Assembly: GCF_009914755.1 (NCBI RefSeq)
Contig: NC_060933.1
Length of the DNA: 64,000 nt
Reading direction: 5' to 3' (one strand)
Origin: the human T2T-CHM13v2.0 reference genome, Homo sapiens
The notes beneath the pieces were generated by a model. It was not told the origin of the DNA. It made no database searches and saw only the letters and a list, made by a program, of their open reading frames with translations. How positions within the stretch are numbered: position 1 is the first letter of the stretch; every line of letters begins with the position of its first letter. This document shows positions 52,100 through 64,000 of this stretch, one piece after another. A program made the position numbers and the translations under genes.

Positions 52100-53150
52100 T
52101 TTTTTTTCAATTACCAATTTATTTTTTTAATTTTTTTTTATTTTATTATTATTATACTTTAAGTTTTAAGGTACATATGCAGAATGTGCAGGTTAGTTAC
52201 ATACGTATACATGTGCCATGCTGGTGTGCTGCACCCATTAACTCGTCACTTAGCATTAGGTATATCTCCTAAAGCTATCCCTCCCCACCTCCCCCCACCC
52301 CACAACAGTCCCCAGAGTGTGATGTTCCCCTTCCTGTGTCCATGTGTTCTCATTGTTCAATTCCCACCTATGAGTGAGAATATGCGGTGTTTGGTTTTTT
52401 GTCCTTGCGATAGTTTACTGAGAATGATGATTTCCAATTTCATCCATGTCCTTACAAAGGACATGAACTCATCATTTTTATGGCTGCATAGTATTCCATG
52501 GTGTATATGTGCCACATTTTCTTAATCCAGTCTATCATTGTTGGACATTTGGGTTGGTTCCAAGTCTTTGCTATTGTGAATAGTGCTGCAATAAACATAC
52601 ATGTGCATGTGTCTTTATAGCAGCATGATTTATAGTACTTTGGGTATATACCCAGTAATGGGATGGCTGGGTCAAATGGTATTTCTAGTTCTAGATCCCT
52701 GAGGAATCGCCACACTGACTTCCACAATGGTTGAACTAGTTTACAGTCCCACCAACAGTGTAAAAGTGTTCCTATTTCTCCACATCCTCTCCAGCACCTG
52801 TTGTTTCCTGCCTTTTTAATGATTGCCATTCTAACTGGTGTGAGATGATATCTCATTGTGGTTTTGATTTGCATTTCTCTGATGGCCAGTGATGGTGAGC
52901 ATTTTTTCATGTGTTTTTTGGCTGCATAAATGTCTTCTTTTGAGAAGTGTCTGTTCATGTCCTTTGCCCACTTTTTGATGGGGTTGTTTGTTCTTTTCTT
53001 GTAAATTTGTTTGAGTTCATTGTAGATTCTGGATATTAGCCCTTTGTCAGATGAGTAGGTTGCGAAAATTTTCTCCCGTTTTGTAGGTTGCCTGTCTAAT
53101 TAAACTAAAGAGCTTCTGCACAGCAAAAGAAACTTCCATCAGAGTGAACA
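52100..53150 (-). mobile_element. L1PA3-like, 5'-truncated, with 56-bp twin-priming inversion
   Basis: 17-bp TSD aacaatgtgccatttct (52083-52099/53147-53163); sense piece 53095-53150. Confidence 0.95.
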
Positions 53151-53597
53151 ATGTGCCATTTCTATTGGAAAAGTAAAGATGGTTAATCAAATGATTTAGT
53201 CTTAAAGATTCCATGCTAAGAACTAATGACATTTTTGTTCTTTAAATCTAGATAGATGTTCTTACTACCACCACCACCACCTAACCACCACTAGCAATCA
53301 AAGAGAGGCATTCAACACAGAAATGGTCAAGTACCTAACTGAATAGCTATTAAAAGCTTATTACATGTATATTTTTATTCAAACAATGTTCAGTAAGCAC
53401 TTAATTTTTTATAAAAAGTATGCAGTGAATGTCTGTCTTCTCTATGCCAGACTTGTGCTAGGTCCTGGGTATACAGTAGTAAATGAAATTGATATGGTCA
53501 TTGCCTCAGTGAACCTACAGACCAGTGAGGGACATAGCCATCAAACAAGGAAACCCACAAATTATTATTGAATTACAAATTATGATAATTGCTATTA

Positions 53598-53991
<394 letters not shown>

Positions 53992-54986
53992 TCAGATTAT
54001 GAAAGTTTTTGCATGTCATCTTAAGGACTTCAAATGTTAGGGCAGTGAAACAGTGCTAAGGGATTTAAGCAGAGAAGTGGCATATCCAGGTTTTTCGAAA
54101 GCATAAATCTAGTCACATAATCCTTCATGTAGGAATTGGTTCTCCATCAGAGGTAGTTATAACTTCTCTGTCAAATGTATTCCTCTCTTTAACAGTACCT
54201 CAAAAGGATCTCTTACCTGAGGCACTATAAAAGTAACAAGTGAAATTAGTGTTGATGGAGATCCAAAGAAAAGAATGCACTGTTTTACCAATAATTAACT
54301 TAAGTATTGCATATCATATATAAAGCACACACACACACACATACATATATATATAGTTGTGCGCAGCCATGTTATGGAACATATGGCTTTAACTACTACT
54401 CTCTCAGCAAGATCTGCAAGGAGATACTCACCCAGGTTCTGTTCTGAGTCCTCTTCTGACATCTGGGTTATTTCTCATCCGTTTTGTTGTCCCATTCTGG
54501 TCTATATCCCATTCTAAAACACTTGGTTCCATGCCAATCTGCTCAGTTCCTTGTGTCAAAGCTGGCAGACTGACTACAGAGGGTGTTCAGTCTGTGTCTC
54601 CAAGGTCTCTCATAGTTCCCTCTTTGAAGTAAAGCTTTCAGCTATTTCTATAGCTCTAGCTATTTCTGTTTATATTTAGAACCACACATAATGAATTCCA
54701 GAAAGCAGACAATTCAGTTATATTATAATAAAATTTAGCTCTACTCGAATAAAAACCTACTATAAAATTACACTGCAACATAACACTGAAATTGCCAGGC
54801 AATGATTGTGCCCATTGCATCGGGAAGACTGAGGTATCTAGGAAGAAACATAGTTACTTCTAGGATAAATGCTTCCCAGTCAGCTTTCCCTTACCATTCC
54901 AAAACCATTACTCGGGGCATAATTCCATTCTCTACTATCAAACGTCTCTTGGCAGCAAAATCTGGCATCAAATTTATCCCGTTGTT

Positions 54987-55295
<309 letters not shown>

Positions 55296-55387
55296 TCATC
55301 TCCAGAATTTTGCTATATAGTTATTTTGAGTTTCTTTATATATGGGTTACACATCTAGGAACATGTAACAGAAGTCCTAGATGTATG

Positions 55388-55528
55388 TTTTTTAATTTTT
55401 TTATTATACTTTAAGTTCTGGGACACATGTGCAGAACGAGCTGGTTTGTTACATAGGTATACACGTGCCATGGTGGTTTGCTGCACCCATCGACCCATCA
55501 TCTACATTAGGTATTTCTCCCAATGCTA
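55388..55528 (-). mobile_element. L1PA7-like extreme 3' end
   Basis: attatactttaagttctggg...ggtatttctcccaatgcta. Confidence 0.85.
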
Positions 55529-56522
55529 GCGTTAAGTAATCCAAAACTCAACATCTAATGCTAAAACTTTTAAAGTATTTTATATTTTTAATTTGTCCAG
55601 TGAGTTTACATTCTTCCAGTCAAAACCCTCTTCGCTTCCCTACTCTAGAAGTAGAGATAGACAAGTAAGAAGGTACACATGGAGGCAGAAAGAATGAAGG
55701 AAAAAAAATCAAATAAAAAAGGAAAAAGAGAGAAATAAGAACTAATCCTACTTTTCTTTTTGAAAGATAAATTTTTGCTGGAAATAATGTCTCCCAATGT
55801 ATGGTCACTGCACAATCTGTATCAGAATTTCTTGGGGCTCCACCTGTAACTACAGACTATTGAGGAACCACCCTAGAGTCACTGAATCAGAATATCTGGG
55901 AGTGAAGGCATTTTTAACAAGCAATATTTGTATGCAAATAAATGATTTAAAACAACTAATATAAACATTGTCTCTGTAATGTTTAAGTATTTATAAAGCA
56001 ATATACCTCATTGCCTTTGTTTCTTCTTTATAATTTTCACAAGTGGTACCTTCTTCTCAAATAAAGTGACTGGTGTAAAGCTGATAAATGTGTTAATTTA
56101 CTGAATGAGTGCTGTAAACAGAAAAGGTACAAAATAACAAGAATACATGTCTCTGTGAAGTCAATCATCCAATGAAGAAAAAAGGCAAACATGAATGAAA
56201 AAGACTTAATTAGTATATGAGTAGTATACTGGCATAAAAGCAGATACAATTTGCACAAGTATTTATGTGCTTAGAAAAGCAAGGCTGGCAAGTGGAAAAA
56301 TCAAGTAGGCATCATTGAATGCCTTACTCAGGGAGATAAGGAGTTTTAATCAGGAGTTTTGAATAATGCGGGGTAATTAGAGAGCCACCATCATGTGGTA
56401 GAACAAGCTCTGGCCAAGAAATCGGAAGGATGTCATAGTCCCAGTTCTACAGTTGTGTGATGTTGAGCTAGTCTTTTACATTTTTAAATTCTGTTTTCTC
56501 ACTTGCACAATTAAGGCCAGTC

Positions 56523-56528
56523 TTTATT
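56523..56528 (-). terminator. candidate poly(A) signal AATAAA for OR2K2
   Basis: tttatt about 310 nt downstream of the stop; motif only. Confidence 0.3.
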
Positions 56529-56841
56529 TGTTTCTTTATGCTCCCACCTCCTTTGAGAAAGGATTAAATCACAGAAGATATACACGATTTCTTCTGTAGC
56601 AAACATTTAATGACTCTATAACTCAAAACCTCACAACCACAAAACACAAAAAGGAAATATTAACAAATGCAAATTGAAACCTACTATTATTAATAGGCAA
56701 TCACTCTGTGTATGCAGCTCATAACTGTGAAATTATATAGAGATAAGATCCGATCAGAGTTCTAAGAGGTTGTATGTTGTCTCGAATTTCTCTGATGAGC
56801 TCTGCCAGGGGCACATCTCTGGTAAAACCATAGGGACCCAA

Positions 56842-57792
56842 TCAGAGATGTTCGTGTGTTTGATGCAATGTTATTTTGCCCAGCAATTTCTTCATAGCAT
56901 CTTTGACTTCCTTGTTTCTTAAACTGTAAATTATGGGGTTCAACATAGGGGTAAGCACTCCGTAAAGCAACGAGATGATTTTGTCTATTTTTTGTGCATT
57001 TGATGAAGAAGGCTTTAGGTACATAGAGAGGGCAGCCCCATAATACAAAATCACCACAGTCAAATGGGCACCACAGGTAGAAAAAGCCTTGTTTCTTCCC
57101 TCTGCTGAGGTGATTCTCAGAATAGTGGAAAGGATGAAGATGTAAGAGATGCAAACTAAGAGCATTGGAATTGGCAAGAGGAGAATGCTGACCACCAGCA
57201 TGATGGTGTTCATGAGCAGTGAACTTGTGCAAGCTAACTTTAGCACCGCCAGAATTTCACACGTGAAGTGATCGATGAGATTCCCACAGAGGGGTATCTG
57301 CAGGGCAAAACTGGTTTCCAGCAGAGCGGTCAGGCAACCCGTCACCCAGGAGACCGTGGCCATCCGTGCACAGACGCACCTGTTCATGATGATGGAGTAT
57401 CTCAGCGGGTTACAAATGGCCACATAACGGTCATATGCCATCACGGCCAGGAGCACACACTCTGTGGAGCCCATGGCAAGGGACAGATACATCTGTACAG
57501 CACACCCAGAAAAGATAATGGTTTTCTGGGATGACAGCAAGTTCACCAGCAAAGTAGGAACAGAGGCAGATGTGTAACAAATATCCATGAAAGAGAGATT
57601 TCCAAGGAATAAGTACATGGGGGTTTTAAGGCGTGAATCTAGGATAGTGATCAAAATAAGAGTGCTGTTGCCCAAGAGCGTTGTCAGATACATTACAAGG
57701 CTGAAGACGAAGAGAACCACTTCTAACCCTGGGTACTGGGAAAATCCCTCCAAGAAAAAAATGCTCCAAATGGTGAAGTTTTCTCCTTGCAT
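56842..57792 (-). CDS. OR2K2: olfactory receptor 2K2 (316 aa, 7TM class A GPCR)
   Basis: MQGENFT N-glycosylation start; OR motifs LKTPMYLFLGNLS, MAYDRYVAICNPLRY, KAFSTCGAHL, PMLNPIIYSLRN; intronless CDS; sequence recognised. Confidence 0.95.
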   Translation of the reverse strand: MQGENFTIWSIFFLEGFSQYPGLEVVLFVFSLVMYLTTLLGNSTLILITILDSRLKTPMYLFLGNLSFMDICYTSASVPTLLVNLLSSQKTIIFSGCAVQMYLSLAMGSTECVLLAVMAYDRYVAICNPLRYSIIMNRCVCARMATVSWVTGCLTALLETSFALQIPLCGNLIDHFTCEILAVLKLACTSSLLMNTIMLVVSILLLPIPMLLVCISYIFILSTILRITSAEGRNKAFSTCGAHLTVVILYYGAALSMYLKPSSSNAQKIDKIISLLYGVLTPMLNPIIYSLRNKEVKDAMKKLLGKITLHQTHEHL

Positions 57793-57841
57793 TTTCTTTC
57801 TTTCATCTATATTTCTTCCAGTACTATTCCCTTCATTTAAT

Positions 57842-57888
57842 CTGAGGACATAAAGAAATGAATAAAGTGTGATATTCATTTAGTTAGG
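57842..57888 (-). promoter_or_regulatory. 3' splice site of the OR2K2 coding exon (branch CTAAC, pyrimidine tract, CAG)
   Basis: cctaactaa...ttcatttctttatgtcctcag|attaaatg; exon starts at 57841. Confidence 0.65.
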
Positions 57889-58291
57889 AAAATACTCTCA
57901 AACTTATTTTCACTATTATAAATGCAATTTTACTACAAGAAATCACAGGATAGTGTGTTTATTGATGTAAGGGGGGGAGCAGGTTGATGTACATAAGTTG
58001 ATTCTTCCACAACAAAATTTAGAAAACAGCAAATTTGAAAAAAGAATATACATATTTAATACTTGAAACTGAGCTCCTAAACCTATCCTTGGCACACAGT
58101 AGGTCTTTAATAAAGATTTGAAAGTGACCGAATGAGGAAAAATATGAATGTACATTGAAGAAGTTATTGAGCTCAAATCAGAAAAGTAATCCAGATAAGT
58201 GAGGAAAAGAAAGCTCAAATGTACAATAAAAAGCAATATTGATCTTCACTAAAAGAAGAGGAGGAACCTTGAAAGAAACAAATAAATTTTA

Positions 58292-58577
58292 GGCCGGGCA
58301 CAGTGGCTCATGCCTGTAATCCCAGCACTTTGGGAGGCTGAGGCGGGTGGATTGCTTGAGCTCAGGAGTTTGACCAGCCTGGGCAACATGATGGTGAAAT
58401 CCTATCTCTACGAAAAATACAAAAATTAGCCAGATGTGGTGGCGCACATCTGTGGTCCCAGCTACTCAGGAGGCTGAAGCTGAGACAGGGAGGCAGAGGT
58501 TGCAGTAAGCCGAGATTGCACCACTGCACTCCAACCTGGGTGACAGTGAGACTCTGTCTCAAAAAAAAGAAAAAAAA
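58292..58577 (+). mobile_element. Alu with internal deletion
   Basis: Alu body and poly(A). Confidence 0.9.
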
Positions 58578-58962
58578 ATTTAAACCAACTTCATAGTCGG
58601 AAGCTCTGGGTCTAAATGAACTCTGCCCTTTCCAGCTAACAGTTTGGGGGGGCTGTACACTGGTTTCAAAAAGGACAACAATGCTTGAAGCATTGTAGAT
58701 ACTAATTTGTGATTATATTTAAGAGCCAGTTTATGTCACACAATTTAATACTAATACGTTTAATACTAATACATCCACCGTACAATTTCATTCATTGTTG
58801 AGCCCCATATCTTTGTGAGTTTGTAAAGAGCTCTAAAAATTATAGCCAGGCAATATACGAAAACCCATATATCCAGGAAATGCAGAAACTAAACTCCCTT
58901 GGAAGATTACCATAAGATCTCTTTAAAAATAAGATTACAGAGCACATAGTTATAAATAAGTA

Positions 58963-59129
58963 CATTGGAATTGGCAAGAGAAGAATGTTGACCCACCATC
59001 ATGATCATATCCATGAGCAGTGAACTTGAGCAAACTAACTTTAGCACTTCCAGAATTTCACTTGTCATCAATGAGATTCCCACAGAGGGGTCGCTGCAGG
59101 GCAAAACTAGTTTCTAGCAGGACAGTCAG
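58963..59129 (-). pseudogene. frameshifted partial OR2K2 paralogue fragment (TM4-ECL2-TM5)
   Basis: Aligns to 57163-57332; LTVLLETSFALQRPLCGNLID/EILEVLKLVCSSSLLMDMIMMV/VNILLLPIPM. Confidence 0.85.
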
Positions 59130-60222
59130 AAACTTAAAGTTGTATATTTTTTCCTTACATTTCACATTATTAACAAAAAATTATTACAAAAAACTTACCT
59201 TGCTTCTGCACTCATATTGCCTTTTAATAAACCTTCAACCGTTTTCTTTCTCCACTGAGTCTTTCCTATTTTCATATATACATGTTCTTAAAAATTGCTT
59301 TCATCTTATGAATTTCTCTGCCAAATTTTATATTTAATAGATTTCTCTAATAATAAAAAATTTATTAGATTATTATAAAACATTACTTCAAAGAAGCTTA
59401 ATTTTTGTGCTACTCTTAAGACTAACAAGCACAAGTTTTTAAGTGAAAAAATCAGCCCAGTTACCTGAGATTTGATATTCAAAAGTATTTAATAGTAGCC
59501 AAGAAGAATTGGTCCTCCCATCTGAATTCCGTATCAGCAACTTCAAATAAAACGTTGTTTTATGATGCACTTCATAAAGTTAACTACGTCCAAGAAATAA
59601 TAAATTAATTCATATTTTAAAATGTTAAATATTATGTACAAATCAATAGTGCGATTCATTTCTTTTGAAATTATTAACTCTTACCACCATAACTAAAAAT
59701 ACCAAAGGATAGCAACTGAAATATTAGGTAAATTTAAATCATTTATTGTTTTGGGGGAATATCTGTTGTCCCTGAACAATTTAAAGTTCAGGAGCTAAGA
59801 TATATAGAGGTTTGAAATTTCAGATCCTTCAGGGATATTGTCCCAAAGATCCAATTATATCAAACTTTTAAAAAGTTAAATAGAGAGTGAACCACACAGT
59901 TCCTCCAAAATACTTTGGAAAAACTCAGAAAACAAAGTTTTCTATTCACTTTCTTCTTGTCAATCTTTAGCTATGTCAAGACTTTTTAATGAATGATTTC
60001 AGCGTAGAATACTTAACAGAATACAGAGAAAAGATGTCCCTACAATACTAAAATACATTTTGTGCATTTGTGAAATTACTCCCTGGTTTTCAGAAATTAG
60101 GGAAAGAACATTTACTTTTTAAAGCCACAGAGAAATCACTGACTGCCCCAACAAGTGATCAGAAATGTTATTTAATATACACATATTGAGAGGATTGTAA
60201 GGCAATGAGACCTCGGTAGTAA

Positions 60223-60545
<323 letters not shown>

Positions 60546-61314
60546 CCAGATATTAGTTTCTAAACACCATTCTTAACTAGAAGGAAACATGGCTCCTTGG
60601 GAAAATGACTAATACCAGAGCTAGGATAAGAAAGAACAAGATTAACTTAGAGTATCTTACCATACCAGAAAGTAAGAAATATGCAAAGAATGGTAGGAAT
60701 ATAGCAAAGGGTCATAGACGCCCACTTGATGAAGCTCCCATTGCTAAATTTAGGACAGATTATTTGGAGCATCAAAATAAAAATGATAATAATTGATCAT
60801 AATTCATAGAATAATATAAAAATGTACGTTATTATATAAATAAATAGGAATAGAAAGCTCTTCTTCACAGTAGGATGCCAAAAAATATAAATTTAGAGGA
60901 ATGATGTTAGAAAATAATCAATCACAGTTAAGGGTTTTGTAGGCAATAGATTACCACAGGTAAAATGTTGTATTAGGTTAATGTAGGCAGTGTCGTTTTT
61001 GAAGGTAAAAGTTGGATGAACAGTATATTTACATGGTGTCAAAATATCTCACCACAAATTACTTAGTAAGTTTAAAGATAAAATAATAACTTTATGGTGG
61101 GGAGGCCTGAAGGATAATCATGTTAAAATCACCAATATTGGGACAAATAGACTCCATGTGCCTTCTAATATGAGGTACTGAGAACACACTATCACTTCTG
61201 AGGTATTCCCATCAAAATTAAATCACCAGAATCTAACCATGAGTGTAAACCAGACAAACCTAAATTTAGGGATATTATGCAACATAATCAGCCTATGCTT
61301 TCCAAAAGTACAGA

Positions 61315-62168
61315 CAATTCTCAAAAAAGGATATACAAATGGCCACAAAACATATGAAAAAATGTTCAACATCACTAATTATCAGGGAAATGCAAATCAA
61401 ACCCACAGTGCAGTACCACCTTACTCCTGCAAGAAGGGCCTTAATCAAAAAATAATAGATGTCGGCATGGATGGGATGAAAGGGGAACACTTTTACACTG
61501 CTGGTAGGAAGGTAAACTAGTACAACCACTATGGAAAACAGTGTGAAGACTCCTTAAAGAACTAAAAGTAGATCTACCATTTAATCCAGCAATCCCACTC
61601 CTGAGTATCTACCCAGAGGAAAAGAAGTCATCATACAAAAAAGATACTTGCACACATGTTTATAGCAGCACAATTCGCAATTGCAAAAATATGGAATCAG
61701 CCCAAATGCCCAACAATCAATGAGCAGATAAAGAAAATGTGAGATAGATAGATATACATACACACACACACCATGGAATACTACTCAGCCACAAAAAGAA
61801 ACAAAATAAAGGCATTTGCAGCAACCTAGATGGAATTGGAGATCATTATTCTAAGTGAAGTAACTCAGGAATGGAAAATCAAACATGCTATGTTCTCGCT
61901 CTCTCACTCATAAGTGGGAGCTAAGCTATGAGGATGCAAAGGCATAAGAATGACACAATGGACTCTGGGGACTCAGGGGAAAGGATGCGAGGCTGGGGAA
62001 CAAAAGACAACGTATTGGGGATAATGTACACTGGTGGGTGTACCAAAATCTCAGGAATCACCACTAAAGAACTTACCCATGTAGCCAAACACTACCAGTT
62101 CCCCCAAGACCTACTGAAATAAAAAAGAAGAAATCATAAAATAAAAAACTCCTAATTAAAAAAAAAAA
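61315..62168 (+). mobile_element. L1PB-like 3' end
   Basis: gctaagctatgaggatgcaaaggcataagaatga is L1PB-diagnostic; poly(A). Confidence 0.85.
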
Positions 62169-62979
62169 GTGTCACAATCAGGAAACAAAAAGAAAAACCA
62201 AGAAAATGTTCCATACCTGAAAGAGACAGGACAACTAAATATGATACATGCCCCAGCATGAATCTTAGATTAGGAAAAATGGTCTGTAAAGGACATTATT
62301 AGGACAATTGACAACATTTGAAAATGGGCTGGGGATTAGATATTAGCATTCTATCAATATCATATTTCCTGATCTTGATCACTGTACTATGGTTATGTAA
62401 GATAATGCTCTTATTCTTAGGAAATACACACTGAAGCATTTAGTGTTAAAAGGGCAAAATGTCTCCAACTTACCCTCAAATCATTGGTAAAAATATTTTT
62501 TTAAAAGTTGTGTGTGGAGAGAAAATGCACTTATTGCCACATACTTTTTGCAAGTAATGCCTTCTCCATATTTTCTGTGTCCTTATGACAGTTCATTTAC
62601 TCTGGATCACTGATGGCAAACGTCCAGAAAGAAGACCCTCAGAAGAACTTGGTCCTACCACATGAATAGGCAAATTGTTTCCTTCTTAGGAAAAGAAGAA
62701 ACAACAACTATATTGAATAATATAAAATATAAAATAGAGCTAATTAAATGGTAGGATTATATTTTGGGGATAATGGGCTAGAGTGGCCCATACAGCATGA
62801 GCTTGGAATAGTGAAACTGGCTAAATCCAATAGGCTTGTTTGATTGTAAAACATAGGAAACATGATAACTAATGACTTGAAGTTTTAATAATATTAATCT
62901 TGAAACTTTATTTTTCTAAAAGTCAGCACTCACGACAAATCCCTCCCACCACCAGGCAACAAGACAACAAGAATTTTAT

Positions 62980-63355
62980 AAGAAAATTGACAATGAGATG
63001 ACCGTCTATGTAGAAAATCTGAAAGAATCAACAAAAACCTGCTGGAACTAAGAATAAGCAATTCCCAATAAGGTTTCAGGACACAGGGTTAATGTACAAA
63101 AGTCACTTGCTCTCCTGTATACCAGCAAAGAAGAAATGGAATTTGCAATTAAAAACACAACATTGTTTACACTAGGATCCCTCCCCCACAATGATATACT
63201 TGAGCATGAATCTAACAAAATATGTGTATAATCTATATAAGGAAAACTATAAAACTCTGATAAATGAAATCAAAGAAGAACTAAATAAATGGAGAAATAT
63301 TTCATGTTCTTGGATGCTAGGAAGACAATATTGTCAAGAAATCAGCTCTTTCCAA
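62980..63355 (+). mobile_element. old L1M ORF2 RT fragment
   Basis: [24 protein letters not shown]. Confidence 0.8.
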
Positions 63356-63357
63356 AC

Positions 63358-64000
63358 GGGCCTGGCAAGATGGCCAAATAGGAGCAGCTCTGGTCTGCAG
63401 CAACCAGCGAGATCAACCCAGAAGGCAGGTGATTTCTGCATTTCCAACTGAGGTACCCGGCTCATCTCACTGGGACTGGTTAGACAGTGGGTGCAGCCCA
63501 GGGAGGGGAGCCGGAGCAGGGTGGGGTGTCGCCTCACTCAGGAAGCACAAGGGGTTGGCAAACTCCCTCCACTAGCCAAGGGAAGCTGTGAGGGATCATA
63601 CTGTGAGGAATGGTGCACTCCAGCCCAGATACTACACTATTCCCACAGTCTTTGCAACCTGCAGACCAGGAGATTCCCTCAGGTGCCTACGCCACCAGGG
63701 CCCTGGGTTTCAAGCACAAAACTGGGCGGCTGTTTGGGCAGACACCAACCTAGCTGCAGGAGTTTTTTTTCATACCCCAGTGGCACCTGGAACTCCAGTG
63801 AGACAGAACCATTCACTCTCCCTGGAAAGGGGGCTGAAGCCAGGGAGCCAAGTGGTCTAGCTCAGCGGATCTCACCCCCATGGAGCCCAGCAAGCTAAGA
63901 TCCACTGGCTTGAAATTCTCACTGCCAGCACAGCAGTCTTAACCTGGGATGCTCAAGCTTGATGGGGGAGGGGGGTCCACCATTACTGAGGCTTGAGTAG
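63358..64000 (+). mobile_element. L1PA (PA7/8-like) 5'UTR, start of a probably long element running out of the window
   Basis: ggcaagatggccaaatagg (YY1 site), gatttctgcatttccaactgaggtac, cactgggactggttagacagtgggtgcagccca. Confidence 0.9.

Noticed and set aside
57793-57879. 29-aa N-terminal extension giving the 345-aa OR2K2 ORF
   Set aside because: The upstream ATG lies between the branch point and the splice acceptor, so it is intronic; MQGENFT is the typical OR start
58893-58906. O/E (EBF)-like site tcccttggaa near OR2K2
   Set aside because: Imperfect match, lies in the putative intron, and is expected by chance

Overview
This is human/primate genomic DNA, very probably chr9q31.3 between LPAR1 and ECPAS. 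The placement rests on recognising the OR2K2 protein and the MIR7702 hairpin from memory. The only convincing protein-coding gene is the olfactory receptor OR2K2 (minus strand, 56842-57792). A near-perfect pre-miRNA hairpin (MIR7702, minus strand) lies at 520-578. The rest is mostly transposon-derived: about 30 Alus, L1 fragments of many ages, MaLR/ERVL LTRs, MER5/MER33/Charlie, L2 and MIR. The most unusual signals are fossils of local template switching and rearrangement. These include a perfect 23-bp, pre-miRNA-sized hairpin made inside an old L1 (26010-26065), a 440-bp two-part templated insertion inside an MLT1 LTR, and a collapsed head-to-head Alu junction. There are also twin-primed L1s, probable gene conversion between two neighbouring L1PAs, and a frameshifted partial OR2K2 copy in OR2K2's own putative intron. 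Several minus-strand exon-like segments may define a MIR7702 host transcript. Repeat subfamily calls and boundaries are by eye and approximate.
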